DNA from: Ylistrum balloti
Taxonomy: Eukaryota
NCBI RefSeq assembly: GCF_031769215.1
Contig: NW_026782138.1
Location: 1-64,000, forward strand
DNA: 64,000 bases
Reading direction: 5' to 3'
Part shown: piece after piece, positions 52,129 through 64,000 of the stretch
Layout: the number at the start of each line of letters is the position of its first letter
How positions within the stretch are numbered: the stretch's first letter is position 1
Notes under the pieces: generated by a model
Told to the model about the DNA's origin: nothing
Databases searched by the model: none
The model's input: the letters and a program-made list of their open reading frames with translations, nothing else
Translations under genes and position numbers: made by a program

Positions 52129-53539
52129 ATGTATCCATCCTGAAGGCTTTGTCTAAATCACGTATTAAATGTATATTGCATGTGCTTTGTATTGGATGGA
52201 AATCCATACATTATGATGAAAACAACCATATATTAGAAATAACGAATACCATTTGAGCTATATTTACCCATCCAGTGTACTATGCTGTAGTTTAAAAAGT
52301 CCAAAATATTTAAGCCTTGTTATTTATACTTCTGTCAATATCATCAGATATTGCATAAATGCTTACACTTGTTGAAATCAAATGTTTAGATAAATGTCGT
52401 TCCTGGAACGTGTACCAGAATTACATCGCAATGTATTGTTTAGTAATCTATCTTGTTCATTGCGTATGCACTACCAAGTGAAGTAAACACCAATGTCAGC
52501 TTTCTCCCAACTGTACTGAATTGTTCTCTGAAATTCATTTGTAGGTTTCGATCAGTCATCAGATGCATTATTTTAAGAATATTGTGATATATCCTAATCC
52601 ATTTTAAGACTCTAGGGTAACTTGACAAATCATTTATGCAAATTGATTCTCTCTCTCTGGATGTTTGATCTAATATGGTAAAATTCCTTCAACTCTACTG
52701 AAGGAATAAAACAACTTCTCTTTTGACCTACCTGCATTTCTCCCCTTTAAGGGGGTGAAGTCCATCATTTATACAAAACAAGGTCTCTTCATTTACGTAT
52801 CCACATTCAGCTTTCCCCTGGTGGGCCCGCCCGTGATGTTCCCTGATAATCATAAAAATTCAATGTTCTTACAACCGTTTGAATCAGTATTCTAGCAAGA
52901 ATGTTAAATGATATATTTAGTTTGGTTTACACGCTAAACCACCAAATCTGGAATCCAATAAGTCTTCTTCGTCTAAGAATCTGTTTGGGTATATGGGATA
53001 TATATGATATATTGTTGGAAGCTTTGTATAGTAACTATCGGACATATAAGATTTTGTTTTTAACATCTCAGTTATAATTGTCAGATAAAGTAATTAAAGG
53101 CCACGTCGGCTTTACTTGTATGCGTGCTAGGGATTGTTATATATTAGGAAAGGCACACGTGTACATGAAGGTTTGGAGTGTAACAAGATAGTCTCTTGTG
53201 TTCAATATTGTTCAACAAGTCTTTGGAGGTGATACAAATCAAGGTCAAAACTCAACACTTTGCACAGTAGGTGAAGTTTCGATCTTTGGGTAGGTTTAGG
53301 ATAAGAGGTAACGTTATATATATGCTAAATATTCGGCGATCATAAATTAGTAATATAGTTAATTGGGCAAGTGCGTTATCGATTTATTTGGATTAAATGT
53401 AAAACTAAGGGAACCAACTTTGATGGCACAACAGCTTTCAACAAGGTTTTATCTTACCTTTACTTAACACATGCTTACTAGGCAGCGTCGTGGATAGAAA
53501 TCAGTTTTACAGACGTTCTCAAAATAATGTTCAGCTCAT

Positions 53540-53870
53540 CAATACTGTGTATGTCCACTATTCGAATCGATGCATGCTTGACAACGACGCCCATTGATGC
53601 GACGAGTTTGCTTAAATAGCCCGGGGAATACCATTCCGTATTCTTACAATCACGAGCTAGGTCAGGTAACGTCAACAGCTGATTTTCAAGGCGACGTAAG
53701 CGTCGCTGTATTTCATTCCACACGTGTTCTGTAGGCGACACATCTGGTGCATACCAGAACAGCACACTTACATTGTTCAGGATGAGGAAGACGGTGACGG
53801 CTCCGGTTCCTCTCAGTTTCATTCAACCTTGGCATGGCGTATCAAAGACGTTTGTCATACTGGTTTTGTG
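53540..53870 (-). pseudogene. Tc1-family transposase C-terminal relic
   Basis: FLILNNVSVL.W..PDVSPTEHVWNEIQRRLR...TLPDL...W.....LVASM matches the Tc1 WP..SPDL.PIE..W region. Confidence 0.8.
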
Positions 53871-54800
53871 TGTTACAGGCATTTACACTATTCTTTTACA
53901 CAGGCTTAGGCGACAAACGTAAAAAATATCTGAATATTTCTCATGTTAATTTTTTTTGTGTGTAAAAGTGCTATAGTCGACAAGGACCTTTCCAAACTGA
54001 ACATGCTGCCGTCTCTTGACTCATGAAAAGGATACAAATTATGGTAAATCTATTCAGAAATAAGGGATAAAAAGACTGAATAGACAAAAGCAAGCTGTTA
54101 CTTACGGTTGTCTGAATCATCACATCATTTTGTTATTCTGTGAATGTTTTGATTAACTTCGCTAGCAATATAGGAACAGCTGAAAATCTTCAGCAATTCA
54201 ATGGCAAAGACACCCATATTTCATGTCGCATAGAGGTTAGTGTATTTACATATGGTAAATATTTTAATGATATATCGTTGATGGTTATATATTTAATACA
54301 GTATGATTTTTACCGGCATGTCGGGAAAAACATTTGAACAGATTATATCGATAAAAACGTAGTTTTCTTCTGTTCAGATTAACTTGCAACGAGCAATTCA
54401 CACTTGCTGTGTTTTGTATTGATTGCTACATTTGAAGAATTAAAAAGAATTAAAAGAATACAGAATAAACTGAATTAAACTCAATTTATTAAGATATTAA
54501 ATTTGACCTTTACGTCAATGGGTCACAAAAAACATATAACAATTTTAACAATGTCATTCTAATCTTCATTTTGTACATGCAATAGAGTGCATATTTCTGA
54601 TTAGAAAATAGATATGTGAACTTGGTTATTACAGATGACTACATTTGATGTATATGTATAAAACTATGGTTGAAAACATTGCTCAAACGTCTCATTACCT
54701 TTACACATTAAAATTTAAGCGCGTGTAAAAACTATATTCCCATCCTCCAGACAATATATAGCTACTGTGCCTTATTTCCATTTTAGAAGATGAGAGTCCT

Positions 54801-57800
54801 TCATTCATAGACAATATCCATTTTAAGATCAAACTCCTCTGATTTTTCTTTACACATCTGTTCATACCATTCGTTCTGTGCTACAGTAAATTTGTTTTTC
54901 CACTCTCCAATTTCACCTGAAAATATCAAATAAAAACTTAAGATTGCTGGTAATTCGTGTGTATATCTGTAAATCTTTCCGAACAGATCTATGCAAGTGA
55001 CGAGAAAATATTCCTGCTGAATACAACCACATGTGGTAAGAGGTAAGAGGCACCAATTACAAAATCAATGTGGTCTCTACATGTTTTCTACTAAGGTAAC
55101 AAAGAAGAGTGCAAGAATAGGGTATGTTGTATTACACTGCATGTTCGTACAAAACGACTAATTGTAAGCCCCTGCAGAATCGGAAGTTTTCTTTTATGTA
55201 GATCAGTAGGTTGACGCTGAAGGAACAAAACTAGGTCCCGAATGAAACACTAAAAATATGTTAAGCGATTTCAAATGAAGTTAATTGGAACAAAGAAGTG
55301 TGAACATTGATCACTTTCACGGGTACAATAATTGGTTTTTTTTTTCTCAGTCGCTCTACCTTTCCTGTATATTGGGAGATGTCCCTCTTCCGTAATGTCT
55401 TTCCATCGCTCGCTGGCTGGGGACACAATGTTGTGACTTTTTTTTAGTTCAGCGAAACTAATTTTCTGTTCAACCTTCTTCAGACAGGTATTATCGTGGT
55501 CAACTTCAAGAAATGAAGCTAATTTGACAATATTTCCAAACGTGTCCTAAAAGGAGAAAAAGAACATCAGTACAGTGTAAGACTAGAGTCACATGAGGCA
55601 GGTTTGAGACCTACCAATATAAAGTCGCCATAGTAGATTTTTAGAAGTAGGAGTCACTGATTTGGGGTAATTACATTGTCTGTTTACATGACTCACATAC
55701 AGAGATCTTTTAGTTACGTACAGTTTTCAACCATTCAAAAGAATAGATGCCGTGCCTTTAGGTTAATAGCTGTACAATGTAATATGTATGTGATTTGGCA
55801 ATGAATACAAACGGATATATCGTGCTTTATTCTTTTGTTTTGAAGGGGCGGGGTCGTTAGAGATTCTCGCATTCACATGTTGCCCAAAACACTAGCACCA
55901 TCACGACGGTGATGTTTATCATAACATTATCATATTTACGTGTTTCCACGTGTGACTTAACAGTAAGATGATTGAATGATGATTCGGGGGATGATTCCAT
56001 GTGACTCTGCACTCCAGATGTAAGTTACATATGTAGGAGTAAAATATACCTTTCATTTGAACAATGTTTATTGTACATAAATGTGTGCAAACCCTCTGTA
56101 TATTGATATGTATTTAACATGTACCATAAGGACCGAAAAGGCAAATTGGAATGATATCCAAGAACTATCTGTCATGGATTTTTATCTTCATATCTGCATT
56201 TGTTGTTGTTGTTAATTTTTTTCATTTCAAATCCAAAACTGAACATATGCGAAATTTGCGAATAATATCAGTAAAAATGCAAGAAGTAAATTTTCATTTT
56301 ATTGATTATGCAATCCTAAATATGAATTTGCACAGCTACAGACGGAGAGATTTTCTTTTTAATTTGACAACTTGAAAAGTTATCTTATCTAGAGTTTTTG
56401 AAAGATAGACGTACGACGGGCAATGAAAGAGCGGCGAAATTGATATCTCACCATTTGTCAATATCTACCAATCACAGAATTTTACTTCATAGCGTATGGA
56501 AATACGGAACTAAAGAAACAAAATCTGGGAAATGCTGAGGGTTCTTCACACATCATTTCAATAACTGTATATTTATCATATGGATCTTGGTGCCTACCAT
56601 CGTTTGATCTTAATATGATCTTTAAACATTGCATTGTTTCCCTCTTTTTATATTCTTTGCTCTTACTCCTATAAAATTTAAACACATCTCCTATCGAATA
56701 ACGAAAATAATCATTAACTGCTAATGTGGCCACATTTTTAGTCACATAGTCCAAAGAGCACAACAACGGTCCAAGGACACCTCAACATGAAAGACGAGAA
56801 AAATATATCCAGGAGTTATCGAAAATTACCGACAAAAAGAATTGCTGATTTGAAAATGATTGAGTAAGCTAATGGTTGTCAAAGATAATTGTTTGTAGAT
56901 TATATCTTAAAATCTTTTGTTCAAGTTTTGTAGTAAAGATTGTTCCATTTGCCTGAAAATTTAAATAAGTATTACTTGCTTAGTATATCGCAAAACTTAA
57001 TTCGGACTTGCCAACTCCCAAACGCAAACTCAATCCCTAAACACATCGACACTTTATGATTGTGCACAATAATAACTTTTTCCAATCTAGGCATTTTGGC
57101 AAAGTAGATGTCCATACAGCAGTTGCTGTAATGAAAAATGTCATAGTTTTGAATGACCCTGTTTCAACGTTGTGTTTTTTTCCGGGCTATACTATAAGTT
57201 ATAATGATTTACCTGCTTAAAATCTTCGTATGAAATGCACAGTATATTACTGATCTTCCAATCTTTCACATCTTTCATCCAAGCAAACCATGATCCGTTT
57301 CCCCAAAAACCTGTACATAAACAATAATCAAGGTATCTCGAAAAGGTAATTAAGTTTCTTCTAAACGCGCATACTGTAGATAATCTCATTTTCATTAGTT
57401 CAAATATGTCGGTTTCCTCGCAGCTCCTGACCTAGCGACACGAATATTAGGTACCGGCAAATCGGTACCGGGACGTCCGCGATCACCTACTTCAGATTTT
57501 CTTTTATACACAATTTCGTAAAAGTTGATCATTTTAGTTTCAGCAAACTTTTGAAATCGTGCACTAATGTTGTCCAAATCTTGGCTTATTAACATATCTT
57601 AGGATCCCCACATCAATCGCCTCGAGCAAATCTTAATTGGTTCCTGACCTGCAAACGTGTCGTTTTAGTATGACGTCTGTATATATCTTTATCTTCAGTA
57701 TGAATTAATATAAGATGGTTCGAAAACACCTAGCTATAAACAAATATTTTGCAAACTTTAACGAGACTTATATGAAAGGAGATTGCTCATTTGATAAAAC

Positions 57801-59706
57801 ATGCTTGAAGGAAGGCAATATTGATATAGCTAAAAGGGTGTTAACATATCTGCATATGCTATTTCTCCATCTCAAATACTCAGTATAATGCAATGTAAAA
57901 TACTCTTCCAACCAGCATTAGCCTCGATAAAAAAGTATTTGGGTTTCGAAGTTAACCTCACTAAACAAATATCTAGCTAGTAACGGTATTATGGCAACCA
58001 GTTTCCTGTTTTTGATTTGAATTACATGAAGCAGAGCGTCGAGCAATGTGTAGTGTTTACCGACTGAATGGTGAAACATCGATAGATGATAATACAACCG
58101 GTTATTCCATCGTTCATCAGTTTTCAGGAAAATCAAAATCATTGTCTATACAATTTAAAACAAAGCAATCTGCCATATGATATGCCATTTTCTAATGCTA
58201 CGGCCAAGTTATCAATCTGGAAACTTACTTTCTTCAGAGAAAAACCGCTTCAAGAGACCTTCAAATGTCCCCGTGTATCCGACATCTCCTAAACTCTGCA
58301 ACATATAGTACACAGAAACAACCACGTCTTTAGGATTGCGAGTAATTGTGATAACTTTCGCTGTACCAAGCTTCATCTGCTCCGGAAGGAATCGAAACCG
58401 CAGGTGGGAACCGAATGTCCTTGGTGACGGCATGTTCTCTACATTACTAATGTCTTGATATTCCATTAAGACAGGGGTGCCGTGATAGTTCAGTGATCCG
58501 GTACGAAGCATCATGACTGTATTATAGAGCCAGTGTGTGCCTACAAAGAAACATCAATGTTATTGAATTTTGTTCAGTTTATTATCAGCTTATCAGAGTT
58601 GTAGAGGATCGCAATGTACCTTAATTATATTTCAACAGTTATTGCAAAAAACATTAAAACAACATCATATTGAACATAATCATATAATATAAAGTTATTA
58701 TAGTCCTTTCCACGGATGATTGAGTCACGCAATGGTGTTTTTACAGTGTATCACTATATTGTTATCATAGCATTGGATAGGGGAGGACACAGTGGCCAGC
58801 ATCGCCTTCATATGGCATAGTCTGTTGCAAAGACGTGATTCTTAGTCTCCCATGTCGTTTATAGTCATATAAACTTAAAAGCAAAGGTCAGGAAGTGCAT
58901 ACCGTCCAATGAACCGTTGATAAACTCAAAACTAACTGAAAGCAGGCAGTCTGCACTACAAGATATGACCATGGCAATCAACAGATTTAAACAGATCCCA
59001 ACTCTCTCATACATATGTAAATAGTGAAAATATGAACGGTGTTTTGACCTGTTGTTAAGAATTGATATTCAATATTCTGTTCCCGACATCACGATTTTCT
59101 TGTAAGATGTCAGATGGCAAGCTCATAACACAGTGAATCGTAAACCTGTAGGTTATAGTAATCTCAATAAAAAATATTCAATTTCCTTGTGCAATATGAA
59201 GCTGGACGTGTTTCATTCTCGTTAGTTTGCCTACTGGTTGCGGTGCTGTATACTTGCTTTCCTTTAAGAAAGTGACATTACTTACTTGGATTAACAAAAA
59301 TTCACATGGTGTGTTTGTCGTCGATGAAGCAGAGAAAATGTTAACGCTACTGGAATAATTGATCTTATTATCTTTATACCATTTCAGGATTCGCTGTGCA
59401 AATCTTTCCTTTGTTCTTGATTTAGATTATGAATCTGTTCACATGCTGGTATGCTGGGACGACAAGCAAAGCAAAACTAAAATAAACCAAATCCTGGATT
59501 ATTGATTTGAAAAAAAAGTTTCAACAATGCTCACCTGACTTCGGAAATACACCAATGAGAACATCATCGGGCTTGCATTCTAGTTTTGATATAGCCCGCA
59601 GTTGGTCTCCAACGTTGCCAACTACTTCCTTGAGGAAAGCATAACCACTATACCTTTTGTAACTGTACTGGTTCTTTTCTTCGTCTGTCAGGCTGACAAG
59701 ATCCAT
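54801..59706 (-). CDS. Cytosolic sulfotransferase (SULT family), copy C, 294 aa
   Basis: Exons 59706-59535, 58540-58229, 57310-57213, 55546-55360, 54916-54801; GT/AG, in frame. FPKSGTHW, RTFGSH, RNPKD, RKGEIGEWKNKFTVAQNE. Confidence 0.93.
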
Positions 59707-61025
59707 GTCTGACTTGCCTTCTAACACGAAACAAAAACTGTTAGAGCTGTACATAAACAGCACATTTTGGCTATCATCTTTTTATCATAGCAGGATTGTG
59801 GCACGAAAAGTCGTTTTCAAGACGAATTCTCAAAGAATCCAATGAATTCCTTGATTATTGAAACGATACTATGTTCTTTTATGAATATAAATAAAAGTTA
59901 GTAACGGCTGAATAGAAACATTGATATAGTTATAATTTTTCAGGCGTCAAAATAATAGGCTTCTATGTATTAGACCCGTACTTTATCAAAATAATATATA
60001 CATTTCCCATACTAAAATATAACACATTAAGTATCAAGTGAATGGTAATCTTAAAATGTAGCAATAATTGTCCAATGAAAGCTGCAACTACTACATGTCA
60101 TTGTTTGTAAAACCTACCTTCTTTAAAATGTGTTAATCAGGTAACCAATGTAGAAGATAATGGAAGTAACTGTTCAAAACGTACACGAATAATCAAAGCA
60201 ACTAATAAGTGAATATCAAGTATTAAACTATAATAGTCTCTTGCTTATTTAGCACTTCAGTTTGCTTTTAAATACAAAACGAGATGAATCGTGAAATACT
60301 GAATTCGCGTTGTTGACTTACCTGCTTTTAATCGCCAGCTAGCGAAGTTATATATCAGAAGTTCTGTATTATGTTATATAGAATATGAGCATATACCGTA
60401 ACATTTTAAATACAAGGTGCATATCGGTCAAAAAAATGCTGATGTATTACATAATGTACTTGCTATATCTCAACATTATGTACAATAGTTGCATACAGTT
60501 GTACATACAGTTAAAGGCAAATGCACACTTTGTCTCGTCTAAGGTAATTTATCTCTTTTTACAACCATATACTGCACAAAAGACACTCTAGTGTAGTGTT
60601 TATCACCGCTCGGTACACAATTAGAATTCGACAGAGTATACCGCAGTGCAAAAATATCCCCATATATACCCATAGAAATATATATTTAAAAACGGTAAAT
60701 TGTCATTTTTATTACCTACAACATTTTCTGCTTTTCTTAAATGTTATCAGTCAATAAATGTTTTTTTTTCAAAGAAAACAAAAAAGAACAACATGATTGA
60801 AGTTCTATGCTTATATTTACTCTTGCATTTGAGTATATATCCAGACATTCATTAAACTGACCATTGTTCCGTTTGTTACGATTCATTGTGTCACAATTGA
60901 GCAAAAGTCTATTTTGGTTTCTATAAACGTTGAAATATGAACACCAGCACATCATAAAAATCTACTGGACTTCTTTTTTCATGAAAAGGACATTGCAGTT
61001 TTCAATACCGGTATTTTCTATATGA

Positions 61026-63950
61026 ATCACGACAAGACCTTGAAATAAACGGAATAATTACTCCAAGGGAGAAAAGCGGCTTCTGACAGGAGTGAATACA
61101 TTATTATAAGCTCTCTAATGGAACATGTATCGATCCCTTTGTAGGCGCGCATTGGCTTACGAAGGCGTGTTAAGCATGAGTTCATGATATTTCATAACCC
61201 TCTTAGTGGACTTGTCACCTGTTCACAATATTTCTTCACCCCATCGATTTCTACATTTGATTTAAGCTTATCTAGATAATATTTGTGCACAGACATGCCG
61301 TATAAGGTTTAAGTATTGTACCTGTTTCTTCCATTTCATGATCTGATATGCGACTAATTTTGGCATCCATTTTTTCACTAACCAACTTATCCGTTGTGTG
61401 TCCGTAAACAGCTGACATTTTCGATTTTACCTTAAAATTCTATAAACCAGTATCGATGAAACTTTGCAGAAACCTACATACACGTTGTGGTCGAGAGGTT
61501 AAGATGTCTGACTTTCTTTATCATTAGCCCTCCAAAACGTGGTCGCGGGTTCGAGGCGTACTTAAAGAGGTATCCAGGAACTGGACGCAGGTCGGTGGTT
61601 TTTCTCCGGGAACTCCGGCTTTCCTCAACCACCCAAATCTGGTATGTCCTTAAATGACACTAGTTGTTAATATGACGTATACCAGGCAATACTAAACTTG
61701 ACATGTAAACCCCAATTTAAACCAAATTTGATATTTATATGGTCCCCATCCCGCAGAACCACAAGGAATCAAACTGACTATAAGTGCACTTTAAGCATTA
61801 TTCAAAATGTTAAGCTGCAAGAAATTCTCATGAAGGGTCCTAATTGTCGTTAATTCCCCCTGTTAATTGGAATATGAAATACTCGATACCTATGGAATCT
61901 GTTGAAAAATATGCCAGAGAACTGGTGAAATAAAAACCTGTTGACTGAGTTGGATTAGCTTTCTAAGCGTGTTAACTCTATTCGATCCACCATTCCTATG
62001 AAAACAAAACACAGTTTAGTGGTCCTGATGTTAAACCCTCTCTTTAAGATTTACCTGATTGGTATGATACTGCGCCCGCAGATATGGGATCCAATAATTT
62101 GATCTTTGTCTACAGACATTTACATTTCTTGTATACGAAAAGAACTAACCCTGCTTGGAAACGAAGGAAACTCCACATGATTATCATGTAATATTAAAAA
62201 GACGAATTACGAGCAAATAATGCTTCGGTATTAGAATTATTTAGATCGTCTATTAATCATAAGGATAAGAACCTCCTCCATTTATATCGGATCCCTTAAC
62301 TTCACAAGAATCCATATTAACAATGCTTTTATTGCTAGCTCTTCTAGCTTTCACTACATAAGAAAAGGATTGAATAACAGAATTAACAGTTTTGTAAACC
62401 ACCAGAATATATGATATGAAACTAAAAAGAACTTGTGTATTAAATCTTTGCAGTCAATTCTTTTTTCATTTTATAGTTGCCACGGCAACAGAAATTTGAA
62501 ATTTTTGCAAAACGTTAATATTGTGATTATAAAAAATTTAACTTGTGAAGCATTGAATACAAAGTTATTTTATACACATTTTGAAAGTTCTGGTTTATGG
62601 AAAAAGTGTTCTAAATGCAATTACAAGCATTATTCAATATCTATTTTCAGATGCCAGGGTAGATAACTCTGAAAAAACATAAGAATTTTCAGAAGTTTTG
62701 ATTTCATTTGTTTCTTCCAGTATTCAATTATTTCTCTTGTTATATTTATAGCCGCTCTGGTATTTTTCAAATAATGATATAGACAGTGATGATATTGTTC
62801 ATCAGATGGACATCAACTTCATTGAGTAAAAACATAGAATTAATTTTTCAACATGTTTATTCTGTACGTGTTTAAGTTGTCATGATGGCCGATAAGTTCA
62901 AACTTGGTTGGTCAACTGAATGTCTAGATATTTCAACTTTATTTGTGGGGTTTCGTTTTCTGTTTAAATTAAATGATCATAACAGACACTGGTATTTTTT
63001 CAAAGATGTTATTAAAGATTAGACACAACAATACTCAAAATATGCTTTTTGTAGTCCGTATCTTACCGAATGATAAAAGATATGTACATTTCCCTAGAAA
63101 CATTTTGCCTTTCATAGTAATAGTAGTATTACTTAAACTATGATGATGTTCCAAAACTAGTTATTTGTACCAGATTGAAGCGTTTTAACTGTAGCACTTA
63201 CTAGCAGTTAAAAACAAATAATTTAGATTAAATCTGATTTTGCATAATACTCTCTTCTGAAATTAAAGAACGTAAAGGCAGTATCATATCAGTAATACAA
63301 ATAAATACATTGACATAATTTATTGAGGAATATTATCACAAGGTATAATTAGAAGTCAGTTCCTTTATGAATAGCAATTTAGAAAATTCAAATCTTACAT
63401 GAATACACTATACAAGACAAGAATTTGCAGACATTCATGCAAGTAGGGGTTGAGAGGTTCACAATCATTGTGATGTTATTTTTATCAAATTACTCTCCTA
63501 ATTATAGATGATTCAAGATTATAGAGGTTTGTGGATCTTTCAAACTATAATGTATAGATATAAATTGTCATTTCTGATGAAGAACGATAGGAACTGATCC
63601 TTATAATGTTGTACTTTCTATACAATAATGTGTAATTAATGATTTCAACACATGTTTAACTAAATTTGAACCGCAATCTCTTACAGTAGTTGATATTAAT
63701 TCAGAAGAAAAAAAAATACATAACATGGTTTTTGCTTAGAAATGTACAACATCCTCTGATAATTTATCATATGTCATAATCAGGTAGAAAACTGCAGTAG
63801 ATTTAACAATCTTAGAAGAAAAAATGTCATATATTTGATCAGGGATGACGCACATACAGATTCCCATCTATATAATACATGTTCAACATGTAGTGTTAGG
63901 GATCTAGATCTATGACACATGTCTTTTGATTCAAACAACACAGGTGTTTA
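61026..63950 (-). pseudogene. Possible heavily decayed single-exon Toll-like receptor (LRR-TM-TIR)
   Basis: Scattered - strand fragments in TLR order. LRR-like: LIFNNIFEKIP, KYLDI, LNTGRNK, FSELSTLASENR, LHDNHVEFPSFP. Juxtamembrane-like HRYWFI (~61440). TIR-like AVYGHTTD/SWLVKKWMPKL, and GIDTCSIRELIIMYSLLSEAAFLPWSNYSVYFKVLS* (ends ~61026). Many stops and frameshifts. Confidence 0.33.
61482..61680 (+). mobile_element. tRNA-derived SINE (V-domain-like core)
   Basis: GTGGTCGAGAGGTTAAG (A-box-like), GCGGGTTCGAGGC (B-box-like), core TTCTCCGGGAACTCCGGCTTTCCTC. Confidence 0.75.
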
Positions 63951-64000
63951 CATATATAGCTGCATGTACTAACAAAGGATTTAAAACAATCTATATACCA

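Noticed and set aside
56482-56766. 94-aa ORF in SULT-C intron 3
   Set aside because: No recognisable motif and not phase-compatible with the SULT exon chain; probably a chance ORF or an old repeat.

Overview
Eukaryotic, AT-rich, intron-containing DNA; the repeat types and gene families suggest a bivalve mollusc, possibly a scallop (inference). About 1-21.3 kb is a nested transposon cluster. It holds an apparently intact two-gene ISL2EU-type (PIF/Harbinger-related) element, with a DDE transposase on + converging on a SWIM-YqaJ exonuclease-PHD gene on -. It also holds the 3' end of a probable Gypsy LTR element with an intact C2H2 zinc-finger accessory ORF, plus relics of a Helentron, two DDE+SWIM transposases, a hAT and a Tx1/L1 LINE. 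Three tandem arrays (36, 39, 58 bp units) and a palindromic MITE follow at 21.5-25.4 kb. A spliced IAP gene (2 BIR, UBA-like, RING) lies on + at 26.3-32.8 kb, with an 8-bp duplication at the RING-exon acceptor. Three intact tandem cytosolic sulfotransferase genes lie on - at 37.9-59.7 kb (coding exons 172/312/98/187/116 nt in all three); exon 4 looks gene-converted between two of them. A possible decayed Toll-like receptor occupies 61-64 kb. Exon boundaries were derived by hand from GT/AG signals and reading frame; no database searches were run.
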